Part shown: piece after piece, positions 26,921-38,600 of the stretch | How positions within the stretch are numbered: position 1 is the stretch's first letter | Layout: each line of letters opens with the position of its first letter | Assembly (NCBI RefSeq): GCF_006345805.1 | Contig: NC_043002.1 | Coordinates: 110,112,001 to 110,176,000, forward strand | DNA: 64,000 bases | Direction: 5' to 3' | DNA from: Octopus sinensis | Lineage: Eukaryota | Program-made: the position numbers and the translations under genes | The notes under the pieces: generated by a model | What the model was told of the DNA's origin: nothing | The model's input: only the letters and a program-made list of their open reading frames with translations | Databases searched by the model: none

Positions 26921-28042
26921 TAGAGAAAGATCTTCAGCAAAGTTGTACCTCATTATAACTAGCAAGAAGTGGTTTTGGAAAACCCTCATCTGTATCACCA
27001 ATCCTTAAGAGAAAAAGAAAATGGAAGTATTTTTTAACAAACATCCTCGATGCATCTACCAATATAACCAGGAGCTTCCTGACTTTCATTAGGCAGCATT
27101 TCCTTAGAACCTATAAATGCCATAAACTTTTTAATTCCATAATGTTATGATCAGCTATTCGTGCTTTGATAGCATCAATTCCAGCATTACACACTATAAT
27201 AGGAACAAATATCCTTCTACACAATTTCCATATTGTGTGACGATGGGACGACACTTGCTGTATGCCATCCTACAAGGGCGTTGTAAGTTCTTGGTAAACC
27301 AGCATTGACTTAATTCATACTTGTAACTTCCAAAATCATACCAACTGTTCACTGGGAGAATTCTATCTCTCAAAATCTGTGGTCTGTAGAGTCACCCTCT
27401 CACTACACAATAGTATTACAAGACATCATATGAGCATGACAGCCAATAACTTTAGGGAAAGATACTTGCAGCACATATCCTCCTTCTGATGTAGGGACAG
27501 GGAGTAATCCACCACCTTGTCCTGCTTCAGCTGGAGATTCCAGGATCACAGTTACACCTCAACCAACATCAAAGGAGAATGCTTGACAGGCCACACTTTA
27601 TTTACCGATAATTCCCAACTCTAGCCCTGAGAAAGACAGCACATAATCCAAGAGCCTGTTGTATCCATTAATAGAAGGATAGGTATTTCAGATCATTGTT
27701 ATAGGTGATATGTGCTTTTGATTTATTTCAAGTTATTGATACATAATAATCCTGTTACATCAACTTCGATTAAGCTATATTATGCATGCTACTTGTACAG
27801 AGAATATCACCCTCCATTTCTGCAGTTCTGGGGTTGCTGGCACAACAAATATTGTGCATCAATGATTGCATGAAGTTGATATTGTGTCTGCTTTTTAATC
27901 CATTATTTGCTCTCACTGAGTTATTACTACACCAACGTGATAATAACTGACCAGTGGGTTTAAAGTTTCCGCCAATGTAGCCAGGAGATTCCTGTCATTA
28001 AAAAACAATACTTATAAAGTTAAGTTATATGCTACGCCATGT

Positions 28043-28426
28043 GGAAGCACTCCGTCGGTTACGACGACGAGGGTTCCGGTTGATCCGATCAACGGAACAG
28101 CCTGCTCGTTAAATTAACGTGTAAGTGGCTGAGCACTCCACAGACACGTGTACCCTTAACGTAATTCTCGGGGATATTCAGCGTGACACAGAGAGTGACA
28201 AGGCCGGCCCTTTGAAATACAGGTACAACAGAAACAGGAAGTAAGAGTGAGAGAAAGTTGTGGTGAAAGAGTACAGCAGGGATCACCACCATCCCCTGCC
28301 GGAGCCTCGTGGAGCTTTTGGTGTTTTCGCTCAATAAACACTCACAACGCCCGGTCTGGGAATTGAAACCGCGATCCTATGACCGTAAGTCCGCTGCCCT
28401 AACCACTGGGCCATTGCGCCTCCACA
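28043..28426 (-). mobile_element. SINE family A nested in the end of the MULE transposase ORF
   Basis: 12-bp TSD gcta(c/t)gccatgt; removing it restores EYLHGVAYNLTL-stop. Confidence 0.92.
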
Positions 28427-29242
28427 GCTATGCCATGTAAATACTCAACCACTGAAGAGTACTCATTAAAGGATGCCAATAATTTCTTGAGTCTTTCATT
28501 TGCATCTTGGTATTTTTTGGCACTCTTGATATTTTGGCAGCCTGCTCTTATTTTTGCAATATTAATTTCTTGCAAGTCCTGTTCTCTTCTGAGAGCATCT
28601 ACTAATTTCCATATTGTGTGATGATGGGACAACACTTGCTGTATGCCATCCTACAAGGGCGTTGTTAGTTCTTGGTAAACCAGCATTGACTTAATTTTTG
28701 CAAACAATTTTCTATAAGTGTCAGCCTTCTTATCTGGAAGTAAGGCACAAACTATCGGAATGGTAAAGTTATTATTAACAGCATGTACTGTATATAATTG
28801 TTTAAATAGTTGAGGTATAGTTTTAAATGTTCCATCCACTTGTAAATGTTCACTTGATGCAAGTATACTCAAATTATTCTGAGTCATGAAAATGAGCATT
28901 CTGTCACCGCCAGGGCCTGAATCATATAACAAAACTTGTTCCCCTTTATTAGTTTTTGTCTGTTTGTCAGTGTAGATAATTTCTCTTCTATGAATAGGAT
29001 TAGCCAAGCTAGATCTCTCCTTTTGTCTTACACTGTGAATAGTCCTTTTATAGAGCTTATGGCTGGTAAAGATTGTGTTAAGTTTTCACTTAACTGCAGG
29101 CCAACAGTGGAAATTATATAATGCGGGGAATCACGGGTTTCTTTAGCCTCTTGTTTTACTCAGTTTATATAAGTACGCACTTCAATGTTTACAGAATCAC
29201 CTGAATGATTATGTTTATGAGAAACTTTAACCACTTCACTGT

Positions 29243-30295
29243 CATCATCATCATCATTGTTCAACCGTGGTCGAGACAATGGAATTTACTATGTTACACC
29301 AGACTTCATGGTCCATCATAGCATTAAGGAAGTTCTGTTGCTGATTGCCTGTATCCCTGGAGATTACATCAGAATAGGAGAGTGTGCACCCTCTGGTATC
29401 GCAAGCAGATGGCTTCCAGAGGAGAAGAGTAGAAATTACCTCGTTTTCAGCTCTACAACAATGTCCAGCAAACTGGACTCTTCTACCTTTCATAAGAGAT
29501 GATACAGGTGGTAATTTCCCATATATTTGTACTTTGGTTGGATGATGCTTCCACGAGAGATTTTGAGCTCTCATAAGGAGGTGAGTGTAAGTTCCATCCA
29601 ACTGCCTCTCAAGCTTCTTTGATAACGTCCAGGTTTCTGAGCCATATAGTAGAATTGGTTCGACTGAGGCTTTGAAGATTTTAAGTTCGAAATCACTACT
29701 TAGATTTGATGACCAGATCTTATGCATATCTTTACAGGCTGACCAGGCCATACCCTTTCTAGTTAGAAAATCTTTTTCAGATGATGATATGTATGACCCA
29801 AGATATTTGTAATCAGAAACCATATTTAAGAGCGTATTGTTGAGAGTATGGATGATGAAATCACTGGTGGACAGGCACTTGTTTACATATTCAGTCTTGG
29901 ACTCATTGAGGTAAAGACCTACACAATTTGAGGCTTGTTCGAGAGATTGTAAAAGAGACTGGGCATTGGAGAGAGAATCACTGATAAGAGCGATGTCGTC
30001 AGCAAAGTCAGTGTCTGTCAAGTACTCAGCTGGGTGTCTGGAACTTCTAGGTTTTATTTCAAAGCCCTTTCCAGAAATGGTATCAACTGACATACGTAGC
30101 ACATAGTCAACGACAATAATGAAGAGAAATGGGGCAAGTGTGTCTCCCTGCAGTATTCCGGCTTTGATTGAGAAAGATGATGTTTCCCCATCAGGGGTTA
30201 AGATGATTGAAGACGTATCTGTGTAGAGGACCTTGATGGCAGAGATGATTTTGTCTGGAATCCCATAGAGCTTAAGGATTTCAAACATCTTGTAC
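29243..30295 (-). mobile_element. RTE family 2, 5'-truncated RT with 344-aa open frame, nested in MULE
   Basis: GILQGDTLAPFLF, DFADDIAL, YKYLGS, LLYGSETW motifs; (GAT)n tail. Confidence 0.92.
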
Positions 30296-30667
30296 CTATC
30301 TACAATAACTGTAGTTAGTTATTGCATGGCATTTACAATATGATGCAAACTTATTGCACGTCCAATATATTTCGGTTCCAATTTGCTTATCTTTTACAAA
30401 TATGAAACCATCAATTTTGAGCACGGGGGGCTTGTCTTTTTCACTATCAGTATATCCAGCTATTTTTAAAGGGTATATAGATTCCAGGTAAATCAGCAGG
30501 AGCAAAGTATTTTCTGTCTTTCACTTTCTGGTAATGTATGTCACTGGCACATGTTCAAATCAACAAATTGTCAATTCGAATAATTTTATTTCACTAAATT
30601 GGCAATTCAAATAACTTTTTCTAATAATTGTTTTCAAACAATAGTTTTTGAACAATTTTCATGATAG

Positions 30668-31062
30668 CCGCAGGAGTGGCTGTGTGGTAAGTAGCTTGCT
30701 AACCAGCCACATGGTTCCGGGTTCAGTCCCACTGCGTGGCATCTTGGGCAAGTGTCTTCTGCTATAGCCCCGGGCCGACCAATGCCTTGTGAGTGGATTT
30801 GGTAGATGGAAACTGAAAGAAGCCTGTCGTATATATGTATATGTATATGTATGTGTGTGTTTGTGTGTCTGTGTTTGTCCCACCAACATCGCTTGACAAC
30901 CGATGGTGGTGTATTTACGTCCCCGTCACTTAGAGGTTTGGCAAAAAGAGACCGATAGAATAAGTACTGGGCTTACAAAGAATAAGTCCCGGGACGATTT
31001 GCTCGACTAAAGGCGGTGCTCCAGCATGGCTGCAGTCATATGACTGAAACAAGTAAAAGAGA
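30668..31062 (+). mobile_element. SINE family B
   Basis: Identity to family B. Confidence 0.9.
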
Positions 31063-31148
31063 GAGTATATGGGTGAAGTGGAGGATTAAACCAGATTATC
31101 TTTCTCATTCTGGTCTGTTTCATGTGTAAAACTTCTCTGTAAACTCAC

Positions 31149-31204
31149 TTCTCGCCAATGCATCATTGTAGTTGGAGTGGCTCTGTTGAAGCTCACCCTG
31201 TTTA
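31149..31204 (-). CDS. Gene 1 exon 4 (56 nt, phase 2-1)
   Basis: ctaagctttcag/GTGAGT; (S)KQGELQQSHSNYNDALAR(R); its phases exactly bridge exons 3 and 5. Confidence 0.55.
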
Positions 31205-31544
31205 CTGAAAGCTTAGATATTCTACTAACACCTGAGACAAGGTTTTTAATTACAGTGGTGGTGGAAAATTTGAGATTCTGTGGATGTATATAGTTTCCTC
31301 ATTGGCTTCTTGTAAGGGTATTACTTGCTTGTTTTCAGCTCTAGAGTCACAGCAAGAAATCAACCATGGTCAAGTTGATGGTAACTGCTATGGACAGGCC
31401 AAATTCTTTGAATATTTTTATCAGATCCTTTATGTACTTGTCCAGTAGCAATCTTGGACTTCCTGCATTTCTCCATTAGGTAATCTGAGCCTGAACAAGT
31501 TACATTTCTGTTAAACCTAGTTGAAGCTGAATCAAACTGTTTTA

Positions 31545-31576
<32 letters not shown>

Positions 31577-31731
31577 TAATAATGCAAAAATCAACATTTC
31601 TTGGAACTGCAAGGCTTCTTCGCAGAGTTCTTGAAACATGACCAGTAAACAAATGTCACCTTAGTTTGCGGGCTGTGAACAGCTGACACTTTCCATCATA
31701 CCCAGCAAAATAAGCTGTGAGTTTTTAACAC

Positions 31732-31780
<49 letters not shown>

Positions 31781-31807
31781 CAGGCTGGGCTCTCATGGCT
31801 TCTCATC

Positions 31808-32716
31808 TTCATGTTAAAGATGGGCTACAACAAATATTCTGCTCAATACCACAGATTTGCTTGTCAGCTGCTTGACCTAAACCAGTTGAGCATGTCCCTT
31901 GGTGGCTGATGATATGTGCATCTCTAACCATGAGCATGAGTAGTAGGTGAACATCATAACCATATAATGAAAAGCATTCTTTGGGTTTGAATAATTCACC
32001 CCAGCTAATGTGGATGTCTTAAACAACCCATATTCAGGGACCTTTTGAGTGAGATGGGTTATTTGACCTGTTGAAAATTCTGGGTCCAACCTGTAAGGTC
32101 ATGCACTGTTTATCTTGATATGAAACTATCATGTTGTACACACGCTTGTGATGCATATGCCTGGTGTTCTCGTATCAGATGGGTGGTCATGATGGGTATA
32201 TTGGGTTTCATATTTTTGTACCTTGCATCACTTTGATAATGTGTGCTGCTTTCTCACCCAATAATAATGATAATATTCTGCTCAGTACCACAGATTTGCT
32301 TGTCAGTTGTTTGACCTTAACCTTAATGGCTGATGATATGTGCATCTCTGATCACAAGCAGGAGTAGTTGGGGAGCATCATAGCCGTGTGTTGAGAAGAA
32401 TTGCTTAAGGTTTGGATAATTCACCTCTGGAAACATGGGTGTTGCATTCAACATCCTTAAACAACCCCTATTTGAGACCTTTTGAGTGGGATGGGCAACT
32501 CAACCTGAAGAAAATTCTAACTGGGCCCCACCTGCAAGTTCATGCGCTGTTAATCTTGATATGAGATCACCATATGGTTGTGATGCATGTGCCTGGTGTA
32601 CCCTTATCAGACAGGTAGTCAAGATGGGTATACTGGGTTTTGTATATTTTACCCCAGTGTCACATTGATGCCATGCACTGCTCTCTCGCTCAGCAATAAT
32701 AATAATAATAATAATA
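31808..32716 (+). repeat. Two tandem copies of family D
   Basis: atattctgctca.taccacagatttgcttgtcag at ~31835 and ~32274, each followed by an AAT-rich tail. Confidence 0.8.
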
Positions 32717-32721
32717 ATAAT

Positions 32722-32935
32722 CTTTTCTATTCTAGGTACAAGGCCCGAAAATTTTGGGGAAGGGGCTAGTCGATTAGATCAATCCCAGTATGCAACTGGT
32801 ACTTAATTTATCAACCCCAAAAGGATGAAAGGCAAAATCAATCTTGGCAGAATTTGAACTCAGAACATAAAGACAGATGAAATACTGCAAAGCATTTCAC
32901 CTGGCATGCTAACATTTCTGCCAGCTCACCGCCTT
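32722..32935 (-). mobile_element. SINE family C
   Basis: Identity to family C. Confidence 0.82.
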
Positions 32936-32947
32936 AAAGAATAATAA

Positions 32948-32981
<34 letters not shown>

Positions 32982-33680
32982 TCATACATTCTAAAGTATT
33001 TTAAGTATAGCAACAGGATTTTGAGATTAGATAAACTAAAGCTTATTTAAGTATGATTTTTGTTAAAAATCGTTTCATGAATCTCTTGGAGTTGCTTTGA
33101 TGTATTCCTTATTTTCTAATCTTCAGAACTATATAGAACATTAATAAGGATTAGTTGTGCTGTGATCTCTTTATGTCTAAATTTTGAAATAGACGAAAAT
33201 ATCTGAAAAATCAAATTTTTTTACACGATTTTAGATAATATTTTTGATAACATTTTGCTTTATATCTTTTTAAATTTGGCTTTTAATTACTAAGATCATA
33301 ATTAAGCACAAAGTAATCTAATTCACAAAAAGACAAAAATTTGTCATTTGAATAACAAACTTATCAAGTAAATATAACAGCTATAACAAAAACAAACCAC
33401 ATCCATTCTCTTCTAAAAGCACACCAACACACATATACTTGTGAACCTACATACAATTACACATATATACACATACTTGCATCTACTCAAAATTCTAGTC
33501 TTTTAAAGAATCACTATCCACTTCAGAAATACTTTAACAAATGTTTTTGACAAAATATATATGGAAGGAAATCTAATCGTATGATTGCTTCTTAGAACAA
33601 AAGTATGATGAGATTCAAGTTTTCTATGTGAAACAAGTCATACATTTTCTCATTTTCTATACATGCATATATATATATAT

Positions 33681-34194
33681 ATGAAAATAGTAATGCAATA
33701 CGAGAGTATTGCTTTCCAGTAAAGGATAGCCCGTGAGGGTAAAATTATACATAAAAGTAAATAAATGGTACAACGAAGTACCGATATTTACTGGAAATAG
33801 CGAACGTAATAAATACGACGCTAATGTATAGCTTCACTGCGTATGTACTAGTAAAGATGCGTGTGTGCAACAAACATGAAAAAAATTGTCTTACCTCTAG
33901 GAAGAACATCTGAAAAATGAAAAACCTAGATAACGGCTAATGCAGTACCGGTTTCGGATTTTTCAAAATACGAATGCCAATCGTATAATTGATTTATCCT
34001 CATCAGCTGCATAAACCTCAACAATATTTCAAATGTTGCCACATCTATACCAGTACACTCGTCTGAACGCCGAAACGTTAACAGAGCGAGAACAGTGAAG
34101 AAGTTTCAATGAAAATAGTAATGCAATACGAGAGTATTGCTTTCCAGTAAAGAATAGCCCGTGAGGGTAAAATTATACATAAAAGTAAATAAAT
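33681..34194 (-). mobile_element. Penelope-like pseudo-LTR or retrozyme-type unit (428-bp period, 86-bp direct repeats) in (TA)n
   Basis: 33681-33766 equals 34109-34194 (1 mismatch); contains the hammerhead; (TA)n on both sides; no ORF. Confidence 0.65.
33935..34017 (-). ncRNA. Minimal type I hammerhead ribozyme
   Basis: Minus strand reads GGUUUAUGCAG CUGAUGA GGAU..AUCC GAAA CCGG UA CUGCAUUAGCC: intact core, helix I, extended helix II, palindromic ACCGGU helix III; predicted GUA cleavage between 33946 and 33945. Confidence 0.85.
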
Positions 34195-34223
34195 CTTGAT
34201 ATATATATATATATATAAATTTT

Positions 34224-34604
34224 TTTTCAGAATGAAATAAAAAATCAAGGCTGTGAAGATTTTAGAACATTTATAAATAGAAGGTATTATAGCTCTTTTC
34301 CAGGATATTTATTGTATCCCTTCATCGGAGACGGTGTGAGAAAATGGTTAAGCAATAGTTAATTTAGATAAGATATGAAATAGAGAGTGAAGTGGAGGAA
34401 TGAAAATAGACGTGAGATATGCAGGGATTCCTCCAATTCACTCTCTATTTCACATCTTATCTAAATTAACTATTGCTTAACCATTTTCTCACACCGTCTC
34501 CGATGAAGGGATATAATAAATATCCTGGAAACAGATGTAAGACCTTCTATTTATGAATGTTCTAAAATCTTCACAGCCTTGGTTTTTTTATCTCATTCTG
34601 AAAA
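34224..34604. repeat. Fold-back element, ~177-bp arms, ~27-bp spacer
   Basis: 34224-34400 is the near reverse complement of 34428-34604; each arm carries a hammerhead-like CCGATGA..GAAA motif. Confidence 0.85.
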
Positions 34605-34767
34605 TTTTTTTATATGTACACATGCTGATATATGACCCACATTGGACTCCTTATTTACATAATCACCGAACATGGAGCTTAACTATGGTCTGTCCATAGC
34701 ACTTACTCAGCATTACCTGACACCTTTGGTCTTAATAACACCATTACCTCTCATAACTTCTCTCTCT

Positions 34768-34822
<55 letters not shown>

Positions 34823-35154
34823 GCTCAGTAAAATAATTTACTTTACCACATACTGAAACTTTTAGAAATAGCAGCCAAAAAGTTTTTTAGCCATTTCTAC
34901 TACTGTAAGAAAAGTCTCCTAGATAGTGTTTACTCAAAAATAATTCACGTAGATATGGAGGGAAAAACAGCAAAATATCACATGTACAAAGATCATTTGA
35001 GAACGTTAACGTTTCTAGATTAGTCGAATTAAAACTCGACATTGCTTTCGTCAGCTCAACATTTCTTAATTTGGATTTGAAAGCACTAAAAAATTGAACA
35101 TACCCGTCTGATATGAATCACCTCAGACAAACCATCTCCAAACTGCCAGTGCCA

Positions 35155-35206
<52 letters not shown>

Positions 35207-35693
35207 CCTTTTATTCTTTTTTAATTTAGAGTTAATTTTGACCAGCCAGCTGCTTGGTATCAAGATTATGAAGGAAAGCATTTTGTTTTGTTCATCACTC
35301 TTTAAATCTCAAGAAGGTCTTGCAGGTTTTATAGACCCAGATATCGTAGTCATTTGTAGTGTTGCAATCTCTCCCCAAGAATCCAAGTTTCGCCATATTT
35401 TGCTCCAGATGGGTTGGTACATATCCAGTACTAATAGGTAATGAAGCTGAAAGTATATCTTGGTATCTGGATTTGTGAACTCCTTATCAATAGCCCATAG
35501 ATGTCCTCTTTCTACTGTATATGTCTGATCACATTAGTGTTCAGAGGGCTGCTGCTTTCCACAATGGCACGTCTTTTTCTTGTGGTCCCACACAACAATA
35601 TCTGGCAAGTTGTGTTTTAACTTGATGGCTGTTTTAATTTTTTTAAGTTCAGTCAATATCCTTTTGACACATCAGTCTCAATATAGTGAACTT

Positions 35694-38600
35694 GGTAAGT
35701 ATTTCATAAAGGACCCGTTCATACCTTGGTTTGAAATAATATTTTTTCTACAGGTTTTTTGTGTACATTCAACATAGCAGACCTCCAAACTCACTGCAGA
35801 AAACAAAGTGGGAAGGGGTGGTTGGGACCTCGGAATTTCCCACCAATGGAGTTTTGTTTCACAGGTTTTTTCGCCAGGTTATTTCACATGCTTTCAACAA
35901 ATGTGACATTGAAAAGGAAAGATTTGGCTGCTATTTCTTGCACTCTGTGCTACCACATAACAGCTATTTGTGATAAAGTACCCGTCAATATTTCACTGTG
36001 AAAACATCAAGATGGGGAAGATGTGAGATTCGTTGAAAGTATGCGTTGAGTTCCTTCGTTCGCATGGAGTATTACCAAAAATAGTGATATGTCCATATTG
36101 TAGCAATGAATGTATTTATTGAGAAGACAAACATTTATGATGGTGTAGAAGAAATCATGTCATTCCTAAAGAAAAGACGCTTTTGTAACTATCCTGTTTT
36201 CAATTTCAAAAGTTTGTTTTTGGACAATGTTCACATTCCTTCATGGAAAGTTATGCTTTTTGTAAACCAATTTGCGAGTCACTTATGGGACCATAAAGTG
36301 GTGGAAAATGCCTGAAAATGCCCATAAAGAGCACCACGGATTGGTGATCGTTTTGTAGCGAAGTGAAGGACATGAGGTTTACACAGTAGTGGTTTTGGTG
36401 TGGAAGTGGAGTTCTACGAAACTTTGATTGTTCAAAGAAAATATGTAGAGGGTTGACTTCTGAGCAAAATTTGGTTGTTTGGTGGAATCAAATGAGCAAT
36501 TAAATGCTTGTAGTAAAAAGCATTTTAGCAAAGTATTTTTGAATGGAAATAAACTAGAGTTGGTTTGTAAGAAAATTCTTTCGGCAGTAATTTGCTAGTA
36601 AAGCAAATTTAATTTGAACAGACTCATTTTATTGGTTGAAAAATATACTAGCCAAAGCTGTCCTGGTTTTTGACCAAAATTATTCCAAAAGATTGTTTCT
36701 GGACGCTTCTAGAAGTTTCCAATGAAGGTTATAAAAACCACAATTTTTCCATGTTTTTTAGTGACATTTACAATATCCTCATGAGGCTATGTCACTCACA
36801 GCCTTGTGTGCCATGTAGTGTTGAAATGTCTGACATTAGTGTAATAGATGCGGCATTATTCTATGTTATGACCTTATCATTTATCTAAACTTTTTCCATA
36901 GAATACTTTGATGGATTAGTTAAGGAATTTTAAGAAAAACTTCTGCCACCCCTCATTTTCTCCCAAATTTGTTTATTTAAAAAATTTTTTTTGCCGAAAA
37001 CCCCCATTTTCGGATACGGCGGTTCCGGAAAATTGCCAAAAATCGGCATTGTGAAATTTTTTTCCCCCTTCCCCCAGTTAAATTCTTCAATTTTGAGTTT
37101 TTTCCCCAACACTAACCCTAACCATAACTACATAAATGCTTTGAAATTTTTGTCCGAATCATGATGTATGTATTTTCCCACATATTTAGAACAAAAAAAA
37201 AATTCTTAAAAAAGTTTTGGAAATATTTTTCATAAATTTTTTTCATAAATCTCCGTATTTTTTGCATATTTAATAAAAAAAAAAAAGCATTTCTGAAAAA
37301 AGTAAAAAAATGAAGGAAATGTGGTAATTTAAAAATGCCAATTTTTGCCAATGTTTTAGCAGATTCATATTCCTTGTAGCTGAAAAGGGGAGGGTTTGTG
37401 TTGAAACAAAAAGATTTAAAAGAAAGGGTGGTTTTTGGTGGGGAGGGGGCAGAAGTTTTGCAAAATTTTATTCTTGTCATCTCTTCACGACTAGTTATCT
37501 TTAGGAAAAAAAAAACTAGAATATATTGACTTGGCTTACTCTTCAAGAGTGAACGAAGGGAGATTACTCCTGATATATATATATATTTTGCAATTGTACT
37601 TATTTATCTCTGTAGAATAAAAGAAGTATTCACCAAAATAATGCGACTCTGATCTTTTGCATTTGATAATGCTTGTTCTATTAACTACTTCAAGTTGCAA
37701 GAGAAAGCCATAAAAGAAAAAGATTTGTATGTGACATACAACGTATCTATACAACATATTCAGTTTGCAATCAAAACCTTGTGGAGCTGTTGCACCAAGA
37801 CATGTTTTCTACTTAAATTAACTGTCCTGATAGTTGAACTGCTAACCCCTAGACAACTAGAACAGTTGAACTGACAACCAGAACTCATCTATTTAGTTCA
37901 GTTAATTATTGCAAATTATCTGGCAGTGTTTCTACAGCTGGATGCCCTTCCTAACGCCAACCACTCCGTGAGTGTAGTGGGTGCTTTTTACGTGCCACCG
38001 GCACAGGTGCCAAGGGAGGCTGACATCATCCACGATTGGTTGGTGCTTTTAACGTGCCACCAGCACAGAAGCCAGCTAAGGCGGCGCTGGCATCACCCAC
38101 GTTCGGATGGTGCTTTTTATGTGCCACTGTCTGGCTTCTGTGCCGGTGGCACATAAAAAGCACCATCCGAACGTGGCCGATGCCAGCGTCGCCTTCGCTG
38201 GCTTCCATGCCGGTGGCACGTTAAAAGCACCAACCGATCGTGGCCAATGCCAGTCTCCCCTGGTACCTGTGCTGGTGGCACGTAAAAAGCACCCACTACA
38301 CTCGTGGAGTGGTTGGCGTTAGGAAGGGCATCCAGCTGTAGAAACACTGCCAGATCAGACTGGAGCCTGGTGCAGCCCCTGGCTTCCCAGACCCCGGTCG
38401 AACCGTCCAACCCGTGCTAGCGCGGAAAACGGACATTAAACGATGATGATGATGATGAATTGTTACAAATTTACAAGGAAAGAAGTGTGACAGCACCACA
38501 CGTGTTCCTCTCATTCAACAATATATTAAACCTGGGAGTATAGTGTGTAGTGATACCTGGCCAACCTACAAGTACTTAAATTCTTTAGGTTATCAGTTTT

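Larger units (their letters stand above)
28012..30510 (-). mobile_element. Mutator-like (FLYWCH-MULE) transposase relic
   Basis: FLYWCH-like IDGFIF..IYWTCNK..CKC; MULE domain DGTFKTIPQLFKQLYTVH; H.TIWKLVDALRREQ; split by RTE and SINE A; a related ~90-bp piece at 27223-27315. Confidence 0.88.

Noticed and set aside
31339-31380. Plus-strand exon-like 42-mer (LESQQEINHGQVD)
   Set aside because: Weaker donor (GTAACT), no homology, no consistent chain
34058-34090. Plus-strand ctgaacgccgaaacgtta hammerhead-like remnant
   Set aside because: Lacks the GA of CUGAnGA and has no helix II; at best a deleted relic
36920-37540. Homopolymer-rich segment with ctaaccctaacc
   Set aside because: Looks like poorly polished sequence of an AT-rich repeat; only two telomere-like units, not an interstitial telomere array
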